A DNA stretch of 63,023 nucleotides, the filler included, from Anaerolineae bacterium (lineage in GTDB: Bacteria > Chloroflexota > Anaerolineae > B4-G1 > DUEL01): assembly GCA_041082215.1 (NCBI GenBank). It is 8 parts of 8 records of this genome, joined end to end, with 100 filler letters (N's around TTAATTAATTAA, not from the genome) between each part and the next. Parts side by side here need not be neighbours in the genome. Positions count along the whole stretch, not along the records: positions 26,821 to 53,567 come from JBDOIF010000107.1; 7 more parts are not named here. The stretch is one strand, 5' to 3'. The notes beneath the pieces were generated by a model. It saw only the letters and a list, made by a program, of their open reading frames with translations, did no database searches and was not told the origin of the DNA. Every line of letters begins with the position of its first letter. Position 1 is the first letter of the stretch. This document shows, piece after piece, positions 36,306 through 45,482 of the stretch. Made by a program: the position numbers and the translations under genes.

Positions 36306-36689
36306 TCATTCTTCCTGCCCCGCCGTGTAGGCATGACGAATCCCCCCGTCCTGACGCCGACGAAAGGCCCTCTCCAGTTGCGGCGTCATCCGCGCACCGA
36401 ACCGGTACTGGAACGGCCACATGCTCCGCCTGTGAAAAACCCCCACCCGGGCTCCATCCTCCAGCGGGAAGTCCAGGTCCACCTCCACGCCCGGCAGCGC
36501 CGCCAGACTGCCGTTGACAAAGACGATCCCCCTCTCCTCAACAGGAATCCGAAGCTGACGGAGTATGTCTTCCAGCGTGGTGCCCACTGGAACCTCCAGG
36601 TCCAGCCGGGCGTATCCCTCCCGCTTCTCCTCGCCGCCGTAAACGGCCATAGGTCCATACAGCCAGACCTCCAGTCGAACTGTGCTCAT
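36306..36689 (-). CDS. MoaD/ThiS-like beta-grasp protein with a C-terminal extension and no terminal GG
   Basis: VWLYG...GTTLEDIL..L.I....GIVFVNG.......LEDGARVGVF; GAGGAGG before ATG 36689. Confidence 0.75.
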   Translation of the reverse strand: MSTVRLEVWLYGPMAVYGGEEKREGYARLDLEVPVGTTLEDILRQLRIPVEERGIVFVNGSLAALPGVEVDLDFPLEDGARVGVFHRRSMWPFQYRFGARMTPQLERAFRRRQDGGIRHAYTAGQEE

Positions 36690-36715
36690 GGTCAGGTTCC
36701 TCCTCACAGGGGAAA

Positions 36716-39622
36716 TCAGCGGTGATGCCTCTTTTTCCTTTTCGGCTTCTGTTTCGGCCTCGCCCGAAGGGCAGGCTCTGGCTCCGGAGGATGAACGAGG
36801 TCCCCCTCTTCATCCACTATCAGAGGACGACCGCAATCAGGGCACAGAGGTTCACCCCAGGCTGTATAGCGCAGCCGCCGGGGCCGGTCGTCTTCATCGT
36901 AAATAAGGCGCTGGTTGATCGGTGCAGGGGTCCGCAGATGAGAGGAAGGAGGAGAGGGAGGCTTTGCCGGAACCCCCAGCTCCAGCAGTGCCCACCAGAC
37001 ATAATCCAGGTCCAGTGCGTCGGCCTGGGGGTCTTCCAGGGCTTCCTGGAGCAGCGGAACCGCACGGCGGTCCCTCAGATCGCCCAGGGCAAGGGCGACC
37101 ATCCGCCGCCCGTCGGCCCAGTCGGTGGTCCTCCACGCCCGTTCCAGCAGAGGGAAGCTTTCCGGGTCTCCTCTCCCCACATGCCCCAGCACCTCGGCCA
37201 GGGCCGCCGTTGCCTTGGGATCCCGCCCATAACGAAGGTACATCTGGACAGGGTGGAGGGCAGCACGGCCCAGGGCCATCAGGCTGAGGATCGCCGCATC
37301 GCGGATGACGGCATCGGGAGGCGTAGCTACAACGATGCTTGCCAGGATGTCGGCTGCCTGGGTGACCTTTAGCTCCCCCAGCAGGCGGACAGCCATGATG
37401 GCGGCCCACCCCGCGCCTGGCGCCTTGACGCTCGCGTAGTGCGGGTTGCCAGCGATAGCCAGCAGAGCCGGGGCAACAGCTTTCCTGTGACGGCGAAAGG
37501 CAGCCCGGTCCCCAGGAGTCAGCCCCTCTTCCTGACGTTCAAAGAGGAGTTCAATCAGCTCTTTGACCTTCGGAGGTGGCTCCTCCTCCTCTTCTTCTCC
37601 CCTCACCAACCTGAACTCGCTGACCAGCCCCCGGGGAGGGATGACGGGGAGACGCAGGGGAAGAAGGCCCTGCTCCAGCAACAAGCTGCGCAGGTCCAAA
37701 GCTCCATCCAGCCAATCGGATAAGGGAGGATCGGTTTCAAGCCGCCACATAATCCACAGGGGTTGTCCCTGGAGGGTCAGTGCTGCGGCCTGCCCGAACA
37801 GCCGCCGGGCCTCCTCACTGCCGGGAGGGAGGTCCCGGGCGGCTGCGATCAGCGCGTCGGGCGTTTCCTTTGTCCTGGGACTGACAAGGGGATAGTAACA
37901 AAAGGGTAGCAGGATGCCCTCAAAGTAGTGTCGCAACTCCTCCCTGTAATCGTCTGCCAGGAGTTCGTAGGCCCTGCGCGCCCAGCGAGGGAGGTCGTCC
38001 GCGGGGATGTCGAAGGCCAGGCCGTCAACCAGCTCCAGAAGTTGCTCTGCTGTTGGCCCGACCTCCTCCGGAGTTGCCTCCAGGACAGCAGCCGCGAATC
38101 GGTTCAAGATTAACTGTTTCGCTACAGGGAGATAAGCCCTGGCCACTCGCTCGGGGGAAGATCGCCACTCCTTCGGGGCTTTCTCCATAACGGAGTGGAA
38201 GAGCTGGGGGTCGCGGATGGCTTCGAGCCACTCCTGCGCTCTCTCTATAGCCACTGACCTGAATTTGACTTCGACGCCGAGCTGTTCCAGCGCGTCTGCC
38301 ACCGTGTTGTAGTCCAGCGCATCTTCCAGTGCTGGATCCTCCAGCGCCTGCTGGAGAACAGGGATCGCTCGCTCTCCCCCGGTCCGGGCCAGGGCATAGG
38401 CCAGAAGCGCCCTGCCGTCCTCCCAGGTTGTCCCCTCCCACACGGAAAGCATCAACCGGTAGGCCTCCTCATCCTCCTCACCGACTTCATCCACCACTTC
38501 GGCCAGGGCGATCTTGGCCTCCAGGTTCCGGGAGTATCGCATAAAGGCCAGCACTGGCTTCAGCGCGGGCGAGCCGATTTCGCAGAGGGCGTGGATAGCT
38601 GCATCGCGGATGATGTCCAGCAGTTCGGCCTTGGCGACGACATCAACCAGGGTTGGGACCGCCTCGGTTGCCCCAAGCATTCCCAACAACCGCACCGCGT
38701 GGATCGGCGCATACCCCTCCCCCGGCGCATCCTCTGCCCGGAGCTCCTCGTCTTCTACCAGATCGATCAGGGCGGGGACGGCCTCCTCCCGATAGGCCCG
38801 GAACTGTTCGATCTGCTCCTCCGTCAGCGGGGTCTCGCCCTGCTTGAACAGCTCTTCGATCATCCCGGAGATCAGCTCTTCTTCTTCTTCTTCGCCTTCT
38901 TCCTCCAGGCTCTCCTCCAGGGCAAGGGATTTCTTCGCCAGTTCAAGCGTCTTCCTCACCTCGCCCACGACCAGTTCCCGGGCCTCCTCCGGCGGTCCCA
39001 AAGGGAGCTTTCCCCCAAAGGTGTAGCTCTCAATCAGGATACAGGTGGCTCTGAGCCTTTCCGCTGCCGGGCCATAAGCTTCCTCCTCCCATCGCCACCA
39101 GAGCGGCCGTCCGTGGAGGGCAATGGCCCCCGCCTGAGCGATCCATCGGTGGGCCTGTTCCAGGTCTTCCTCCGCCATCTGCAGGGCCCTGGCAATGAGG
39201 TCATTGGGGTTTGCATCGGGATCGTAATCACCTGTTATGTATGTTGAAAGGAGGGCCTCCATCGCCCTGCCTATCCGGGCAAAGACAGGCCCGGCGAAGG
39301 CGGCAAAACGGTCGTAATACTGCCGTTCATCTCGTTTCAGCTTCCGGCGGGGAGATCGGAAGTCCAGGGATGAGAGGACCTGGCGGATCTCTGCCAGGGC
39401 AGCAGGGACTTCTTCGGGTGGGAGAAGGAAAGTGGCGAGCAGGCCGGCCTCGGTGGCGAAACACTCTACCAGCAGGCCAGTGTATGAGGCTGCGACTATG
39501 CTGGGGTCGTCTCCATAGCGCTCCTTCAATCCAGGCAGGACCTCTTGGAAACTTTCAGCCTCGACGGCTTCCTCGACGAAGCTGAGGAACTTTCGCCAGA
39601 AGTTTTGAATTTGCTCAGACAT
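36716..39622 (-). CDS. Large internally duplicated HEAT-repeat protein with C-terminal CPDC motif and basic tail
   Basis: HAVRLLG/MAVRLLG, IRDAA and RA(I/V)P(V/L)LQ.ALEDP each occur twice; 968-codon ORF directly after mutS2. Confidence 0.75.
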   Translation of the reverse strand: MSEQIQNFWRKFLSFVEEAVEAESFQEVLPGLKERYGDDPSIVAASYTGLLVECFATEAGLLATFLLPPEEVPAALAEIRQVLSSLDFRSPRRKLKRDERQYYDRFAAFAGPVFARIGRAMEALLSTYITGDYDPDANPNDLIARALQMAEEDLEQAHRWIAQAGAIALHGRPLWWRWEEEAYGPAAERLRATCILIESYTFGGKLPLGPPEEARELVVGEVRKTLELAKKSLALEESLEEEGEEEEEELISGMIEELFKQGETPLTEEQIEQFRAYREEAVPALIDLVEDEELRAEDAPGEGYAPIHAVRLLGMLGATEAVPTLVDVVAKAELLDIIRDAAIHALCEIGSPALKPVLAFMRYSRNLEAKIALAEVVDEVGEEDEEAYRLMLSVWEGTTWEDGRALLAYALARTGGERAIPVLQQALEDPALEDALDYNTVADALEQLGVEVKFRSVAIERAQEWLEAIRDPQLFHSVMEKAPKEWRSSPERVARAYLPVAKQLILNRFAAAVLEATPEEVGPTAEQLLELVDGLAFDIPADDLPRWARRAYELLADDYREELRHYFEGILLPFCYYPLVSPRTKETPDALIAAARDLPPGSEEARRLFGQAAALTLQGQPLWIMWRLETDPPLSDWLDGALDLRSLLLEQGLLPLRLPVIPPRGLVSEFRLVRGEEEEEEPPPKVKELIELLFERQEEGLTPGDRAAFRRHRKAVAPALLAIAGNPHYASVKAPGAGWAAIMAVRLLGELKVTQAADILASIVVATPPDAVIRDAAILSLMALGRAALHPVQMYLRYGRDPKATAALAEVLGHVGRGDPESFPLLERAWRTTDWADGRRMVALALGDLRDRRAVPLLQEALEDPQADALDLDYVWWALLELGVPAKPPSPPSSHLRTPAPINQRLIYDEDDRPRRLRYTAWGEPLCPDCGRPLIVDEEGDLVHPPEPEPALRARPKQKPKRKKRHHR

Positions 39623-39638
39623 AGAAAGGCTCCCTATT

Positions 39639-41969
39639 TCAAATCAGCATGGCAATGGTGACTCCCTCTCCTCCTTCCCCCTCCTCGCCGGAGCGGTAGG
39701 AAGCCACGAGGGGATGGGAGCGAAGGAAATCCTGCACTGCCCGGCGGAGTGTGCCGGTCCCCTTGCCGTGGACGATCTCAACCCAGGGCAGGCTGGCCAA
39801 CGAGGCGCTGTCCAGGTGACGGTCCAGCCGCTCCAGCGCCTCCTCCACCGTGCATCCCCGCAGGTCGAGCCGAACCCCGGGAGTGGGGACCTCGTAGGTG
39901 AGGCCGGAGGGTTCCACCGCTGGCTCCGGCGCTGCCCGTAATATCAGCCGGGCCAGCGGCACCCGGACCCGGGCTGGGCCGATCTGGACCTCGGCCTGTC
40001 CTCTTTCCAGAGTCAACACCCGGCCCTCTGCCCTCAGCGGCTCTACCCAGACGGTGTCGCCGGGGCGGGGAGGGCGGGACGGGGGGACGACAGGGATCAG
40101 GGGCTCCGGCTCCACCGGCGGGGCGACTTCCTCTTCCATCTCCTCAAGCTCTGCCTCGACCCCCACGATGGCCTCCAGCGACGCGCCAGCCGCCTGCAAC
40201 CTCCGCCGGAGGGCGCGGACCTCTTCCCGCAGTTGTTCCAGCTCGGCGGCCGCCTCCTCACGGGCCTTCTCCAGGATAGCGACCCGCTCCTCCTCGATGC
40301 GGACCAGTCGCTCCTGTAGCTCCTTTGCCAGCCGCTCCGCCTCCAGCCGGGCCTGGTAGGCCTCGTCCCGCTCCCGGGCCGCCTGGAGCCGCAGCCGGTG
40401 GATATCGGCCAGCAACCCCTCCGTCTGCCGGTCCTCCTGGGAGATCAGGGATTCCGCCTGGCGGACAATTTCCTCATCCAGCCCCAGCCGCCGGGCGATG
40501 GCAAGGGCGTTGGAACGGCCCGGCAGGCCGATGGTAAGGTGGTAGGTGGGCCGGAGCGTCTCCGGGTCAAATTCCACCGAGGCGTTCTTGACACCAGGGG
40601 TCAGTTGGGCGTATGCCTTCAGCTCCGGGTAGTGGGTGGCCACAAGCGTGGTCGCCCCCTGCTGGCGGAAGGTCTCCAAAAGCGCCCGGGCCAGCGCCGA
40701 ACCCTCCGCCGGGTCGGTCCCGGCCCCCAGCTCGTCCAGGAGGACCAGCGAACGGTTGTCCGCCTGGCTGATAAAGGAGAGGATGTTGGTCAGATGGGAG
40801 GAGAAGGTGGAGAGGGATTGTTCGATGGATTGTTCGTCGCCGATGTCGGCGTAGACTGCGTGGAAGAGGGGAAGGCCGGAGCCTGGGGCGACAGGGATGT
40901 GCAGCCCCGCCTGGGCCATCAGCACCAGAAGCCCCACCGTCTTCAGCGTTACCGTCTTGCCGCCGGTGTTGGGGCCGGTGATGACCAGCACGTGGGTCTC
41001 CTCATCCAGCACCACGTCAATCGGGACGACGGTCTCGGGGTCGAGGAGGGGGTGGCGGGCCTGCAACAGGTGAATGGGCCGCCCCTCCCCGACCTCCGGG
41101 ACGGTGGCTTCCAGGTCGTCGGCGTACTGAGCCCTGGCAAAGGCCAGGTCCAGCTCCGCCAGCGCCTCTACCGTCTGCTCGATCTCCCCGCCGCATCCGG
41201 CAACCCGGGCGGAAAGGCCGGACAGGATGCGATGGACCTCCTGTTCCTCTTCAATCTGGAGCTCCCGCCAGGCGTTGTTCAGCTCTACCACATTGAGGGG
41301 TTCGATGAAAAGGGTGGCCCCCGAGGCGGACCGGTCGTGGACAATGCCCCGGATGCGGCCCTTGAAGTCTGCCTTGAGGGGGATGACGTATCGGCCCTGG
41401 CGGAGGGTGATGATGGGCTCCTGGAGGAAGGGGGCGTTTTCCGGGGAGGAGATGAGCCGCTGGAGGCGGTCTATCAGGCGGTCGTGGGCCGTCCGCAGCT
41501 CCCGGCGGATGCGGGCCAGCTCCTCAGAGGCCTCGTCCTGCACCTCTCCCCGTTCATCCAGGCAGCGGCCGATCTCCTCGACCAGCTCCGGGCAGGGGGC
41601 GATACGGCCGGCGATGACAGCCAGACGGGGGAACTGGTGGTGCAGCCGCATCAGGGCCTGATAGAGGGTACGGGCGGCGATGAGCGTCCCCCGCACGTCC
41701 AGCAGCTCGGTGGGGGAAAGGACCCCTCCCAGCCGCGCTGTCTCCACCTGAGGACGGACGTCCCGCGCCCCGCCCAGGGTGGTCTGCGGACGGGCGCTCA
41801 GGAGGTCACGGGCTTCCGTCGTGGTCGCCAGCCGCTCCTGGACCTCAAGGAGATCGGTGCTGGGGGTCAGGCGGCGGGCCTTCTCCGCGCCAGCGGAAAA
41901 GGTGGTGTAGGCGGCCAGCCGTTCCAGGACTTTGGGTAGCTCCAGGGTGTTCCAGTGCTTAGGGTTCAT
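39639..41969 (-). CDS. mutS2: MutS2 (ribosome-collision sensor / endonuclease) with Smr domain
   Basis: TGPNTGGKT, DIGDEQSIEQSLSTFS, LDELGAGTDP, ATHY, Smr LDLRG...IVHGKGTG; start ATG 41969. Confidence 0.95.
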   Translation of the reverse strand: MNPKHWNTLELPKVLERLAAYTTFSAGAEKARRLTPSTDLLEVQERLATTTEARDLLSARPQTTLGGARDVRPQVETARLGGVLSPTELLDVRGTLIAARTLYQALMRLHHQFPRLAVIAGRIAPCPELVEEIGRCLDERGEVQDEASEELARIRRELRTAHDRLIDRLQRLISSPENAPFLQEPIITLRQGRYVIPLKADFKGRIRGIVHDRSASGATLFIEPLNVVELNNAWRELQIEEEQEVHRILSGLSARVAGCGGEIEQTVEALAELDLAFARAQYADDLEATVPEVGEGRPIHLLQARHPLLDPETVVPIDVVLDEETHVLVITGPNTGGKTVTLKTVGLLVLMAQAGLHIPVAPGSGLPLFHAVYADIGDEQSIEQSLSTFSSHLTNILSFISQADNRSLVLLDELGAGTDPAEGSALARALLETFRQQGATTLVATHYPELKAYAQLTPGVKNASVEFDPETLRPTYHLTIGLPGRSNALAIARRLGLDEEIVRQAESLISQEDRQTEGLLADIHRLRLQAARERDEAYQARLEAERLAKELQERLVRIEEERVAILEKAREEAAAELEQLREEVRALRRRLQAAGASLEAIVGVEAELEEMEEEVAPPVEPEPLIPVVPPSRPPRPGDTVWVEPLRAEGRVLTLERGQAEVQIGPARVRVPLARLILRAAPEPAVEPSGLTYEVPTPGVRLDLRGCTVEEALERLDRHLDSASLASLPWVEIVHGKGTGTLRRAVQDFLRSHPLVASYRSGEEGEGGEGVTIAMLI

Positions 41970-41971
41970 CG

Positions 41972-42517
41972 TCAGGATAACAGATAGGCCAGCAGGGGCG
42001 GTGGCGTGGGGAACCAGATTCGATGGAGGGAAAGATAAGCGGAAAGGACCTGCTCCAGCAGCGGACGAAAGGCGGTGGTCTGGTAGCTCTGGTAGGCTAT
42101 CTCGCGCAGGAAAGCCAGGCCCTGCCCCCACGACTGCAGCGTGGCGTAGCCCAGCGATGTCAGGAGCAGGCTGATCAGGATGAGGCCGTAGATGATGCCG
42201 GGGACAAGGGCCAGCAGGTTATCCAGAAACTTCAGACTGGGCAGACGGGTGTCCGGGAAGCCCCATCGCAGCAGCCCCTCCAGCCCGAGGGTGATGGCCA
42301 GAAGGAGGACCCAGAACATCACCGCCTGGGTCAGGGTGGGGGTCCTTCCCCCAATAGCGGTGACGAAGTGGGCGGCCTGGGGGTAGAACAGCCCGGCCAC
42401 GACAGTGGCGATGTAGAGGACGCCCAGGCTCAGCAACTGTCGGATCAACCCCTGGATTGCAGCCACAAGGCAGATCAGCAAGAGAAGGACAATCCATATC
42501 AGGTCTGGCAGGCTCAT
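41972..42517 (-). CDS. CvpA-family membrane protein
   Basis: Four TM helices, GLIRQ, LDNLL; CvpA-like genes commonly precede mutS2. Confidence 0.75.
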   Translation of the reverse strand: MSLPDLIWIVLLLLICLVAAIQGLIRQLLSLGVLYIATVVAGLFYPQAAHFVTAIGGRTPTLTQAVMFWVLLLAITLGLEGLLRWGFPDTRLPSLKFLDNLLALVPGIIYGLILISLLLTSLGYATLQSWGQGLAFLREIAYQSYQTTAFRPLLEQVLSAYLSLHRIWFPTPPPLLAYLLS

Positions 42518-42589
42518 TTTTCCCTCCCCTGCCAGAACTATACCACAATCGGGGCAATGGGCAAGGCCAGCCTGTGTAGGGCAGGCTGA

Positions 42590-42770
42590 ATGAACTTTGA
42601 AAAATTAATCCGTGCATAATGGTGCAGGAGGTTCTCCGGGAATTTGCGTGGTCGGGGAGCACTATGCCCACAAAAATGGCCGGGCGTAGCGCAGGCTGTT
42701 AGCCTGTCCGCCACGTTGTTTCCACAAGAGCCGCACAGGATTATGGCCGGATTAATTTGTTAAAACTCAT
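42590..42770. mobile_element. Putative MITE with 31-bp terminal inverted repeats inside a GTAG REP
   Basis: 42590-42620 versus the reverse complement of 42740-42770 match at 25/31; flanked by tgtagggcaggct and agcctgccctaca. Confidence 0.6.
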
Positions 42771-42780
42771 AAAGCCTGCC

Positions 42781-44652
42781 CTACACTGGATACAGCCGGA
42801 CCTCGTGAACTTCCCGTTCGGGGTCGTGGCAGTAGATGAGGGTCTGGGCAGCCTGGTCCAGGTGGTACTCCCCGTCGGAGATCTCGACCCGCACCCCGTT
42901 GGGGTACTGGAGCGCGGGGACGAAGACTTCGGTGGGGGCCTGGACCGCCGGGTCGTGCCGGAAGGACAGATGGAAGACGCGGCGCTTGAGGTCAAAGCCC
43001 ATTCGCAGCGGCTCGCCGGCCACCCGCGGGGCGTAGGGGCGGACCACCGCCTCCAGCGCACGGCCCCCGGAGTTGGGGTCGTTGGGATCGGCCTGCTGGT
43101 CCCGGCTGAAGATGGAAAGGTCTTCATCGTTCCACTGATCCCCCCGGCGGTTGTCGTTGTCGGCGGTGTAGTTCCAGAGCGTCCCGCTGAGGAGATTGGC
43201 CTCTATCGCCCGGAAGGTGAGGTCCATTGCCTGCACCTGCCGGCGGAAGTCGCCGGTGCGATAGGCCCGCTTTTCGTCCATATCGAAGGGGATGCCGAAC
43301 TCGCCGATAAGGGTGGGGATGTCCCCCATCTGCTTTGCTCCCCACTCCTTGAGGAGGCGGAGCTGCCCGGCAAATGCCCGCTCCACCCGTCGGCGGCCCA
43401 GGACGGGCCTGCCGGTGCGGATGTCCAGGGTGAGATGGGGGTTGAACTGCTTGGTCAGGAGGGTGATGGCGTCGTACCAGTGGGGGGCATTGACGACGTT
43501 GGGGACCCGGGCGAGGTCCCAGCGGGGCGGGGGCTGGCCTGGTTCCCCCTCCAGGAAGATGATCGCTTCGGGGTTCACCGAGCGGATCTCGTGGGCGTAT
43601 CGCTCCAGGAAGGGGCGGAGGCAGTCTTCGGCGAAGCTCACCGGGCGGCCTTCTATCTGGGCGAAGTGGTGGGGGCGGAGCAGCCGTGGCTCTCCGTCGG
43701 GGCCGAGGTCCCACACGCCGTTCTCCCGCCAGACGCATTCCCGTCCCTCCTGCCAAGCCCGCGCCCCGTGGGGATTCACCAGCCGTCGTCCGCGGGGGTT
43801 CATCCCCAGGAGGGAGATCTCCCACACCGTCACCTCCTGGGGGAAGCCGGAGCCGAGGAGGATGGCCTGGTAGGGGGTGGGGACCTCCCCCAGGCGCATC
43901 GTGCCCCAGGGCATTCTCAGGTCGGGGCAGCCGATGAAGCCGGGGGACGGCTCGTTCATCGTGTCGTATCCCACCACGTGGGGTAGCCCCTTCAGCCGCC
44001 GGGCCACTTCTTTGACAGCGTTGATGTAGTGGCGCTGGAGGAACTCCTGAACCGGCTCCCCGTCCACCCGGGTCCGGGGGGCGAAGAGGTTGCCGCCGAA
44101 AAAGAGGGAGAACATCGTTGCCGCGGCCAGTTTGGTGTAGTTGGTGGGCCAGATCATCTGGGGGAAGGGGTCGCCGTGGACGGCGTGGACGATGGCCGCG
44201 CCGGTCTCCAGGAAGCGGGTGGGGTCCATCCCCACCACCTCGAACGTCCATCCCGGTGCACCATCGCCGCCGGAGAGCCGGCTCCAGACGTCCTGATGGG
44301 GGTCAATGAAAAGATGGAAGCCGTATTCACCAGCTTTACGTACCACCTCGTAGAGGTAGTCCAGATATTCCCGATCGTAGATGCCCGGTCCGGCATGTTC
44401 GACCGCCTCCCAGGTGATGAGGAAGCGGAGGAAGGTGAATCCCCAGGCCCGCAGCCGGGCGAAGTGCTCGTCTGCTTCCTCCAGGGGGAAGGGACGGCCC
44501 ACGAAGGAGACGTTGCGGTGGTCGAAGAACCCCTCGCGGATGCAGGTGGCACGGCCCCAGGGGACCTTGCTGCTGCCTCCCAGGTTGACGCCGCGCAGGA
44601 TCAGCGTCCGTCCGTGCTCGTCTTTGAACCAGTGCCCTTCGGTGTGGATCAT
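42781..44652 (-). CDS. Glycoside hydrolase family 5, endoglycoceramidase-like, with C-terminal beta-sandwich
   Basis: RGVNLGG, WEAVEH, DPHQD, acid/base MNEP, HWY, nucleophile IGEFG, WNY. Confidence 0.88.
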   Translation of the reverse strand: MIHTEGHWFKDEHGRTLILRGVNLGGSSKVPWGRATCIREGFFDHRNVSFVGRPFPLEEADEHFARLRAWGFTFLRFLITWEAVEHAGPGIYDREYLDYLYEVVRKAGEYGFHLFIDPHQDVWSRLSGGDGAPGWTFEVVGMDPTRFLETGAAIVHAVHGDPFPQMIWPTNYTKLAAATMFSLFFGGNLFAPRTRVDGEPVQEFLQRHYINAVKEVARRLKGLPHVVGYDTMNEPSPGFIGCPDLRMPWGTMRLGEVPTPYQAILLGSGFPQEVTVWEISLLGMNPRGRRLVNPHGARAWQEGRECVWRENGVWDLGPDGEPRLLRPHHFAQIEGRPVSFAEDCLRPFLERYAHEIRSVNPEAIIFLEGEPGQPPPRWDLARVPNVVNAPHWYDAITLLTKQFNPHLTLDIRTGRPVLGRRRVERAFAGQLRLLKEWGAKQMGDIPTLIGEFGIPFDMDEKRAYRTGDFRRQVQAMDLTFRAIEANLLSGTLWNYTADNDNRRGDQWNDEDLSIFSRDQQADPNDPNSGGRALEAVVRPYAPRVAGEPLRMGFDLKRRVFHLSFRHDPAVQAPTEVFVPALQYPNGVRVEISDGEYHLDQAAQTLIYCHDPEREVHEVRLYPV

Positions 44653-44727
44653 CTCGTTCTCACCTCGCAGCTTTCCTGTTCGATTCTGGCCACACAGACG
44701 CGGAGAGCCCGGAGTTTCGCGGAGTTT

Positions 44728-45294
44728 TCAGAACTTTCTCGGCGTTCCTCGCTGAGGAGCGGAGGGCGCAGAGACGGGCCCTGTGGAGGCCAGGGCGGCG
44801 CTGGGGAGGGTAAAGGTGATGGTGAGGCCGCCGCCGTGGGTCGGGGCGGCCCGGATATGGCCTCCGTGGGCTTCTACGATGTAACGGGCGAAGGAGAGGC
44901 CGAGAGGGTCTCCCTCCCAGGACGGCTCGAAGAGCCGGTCCAGCTCCTCCTCCGGCACCCCCGGCCTGTCGTCGGCGACCGCCACAGCCACCTCCCGTCC
45001 CCGGTCCTCCACCCACACCGTGATGTGGCCTCCCTCCGGCACGTGCCGGAGCGCGTTGTCCAGCAGGTCCCCCACCACCCGGGCGATCCGGTCCCGGTCG
45101 GCCAGGACGAGGGGGAGGGCGGACGGGGCCTCGAAGGCCAGGGTCACACCCTTTTCCTGCGCCCGGGCCTGGTGAGCTTCCAGCGTCTCCCGGAGGAGGG
45201 GCCGGAGGTCCAGAGGGACTTTATGGGCCCGCACCCGGCGGACGCCCTTCGGTTCTCCGTCCACGACACGGATGGTCCGGCGTGCAGGGGTCAT
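44728..45294 (-). CDS. Degenerate stand-alone HATPase_c domain (possible pseudogene)
   Basis: DLLDNALRH, DDRPG (altered G1), shortened G2 (GDPLGLS), IVEAHGG; no H-box. Confidence 0.55.
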   Translation of the reverse strand: MTPARRTIRVVDGEPKGVRRVRAHKVPLDLRPLLRETLEAHQARAQEKGVTLAFEAPSALPLVLADRDRIARVVGDLLDNALRHVPEGGHITVWVEDRGREVAVAVADDRPGVPEEELDRLFEPSWEGDPLGLSFARYIVEAHGGHIRAAPTHGGGLTITFTLPSAALASTGPVSAPSAPQRGTPRKF

Positions 45295-45482
45295 GCTTTC
45301 CACCCTGGGGTTCCCGTCACGCGAAGTGGCCCGGCGATCCGCTGTGGTAGCAGCCCGGCCGGGCATACGTTTTAGCAAGTATATACCGGTACGCAGGTTA
45401 GCGCAACGTTTTTATCCAATCGGTGAAAGCTGGCCCTTCACCCCATTTCGGGTTATAATCTTCCCATATCCTGCGGAGGGAA

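Noticed and set aside
42606..42635. Resemblance of ccgtgcataat to the XerC arm of a dif site
   Set aside because: No XerD arm follows at 6-bp spacing; better explained as part of the 31-bp inverted repeat
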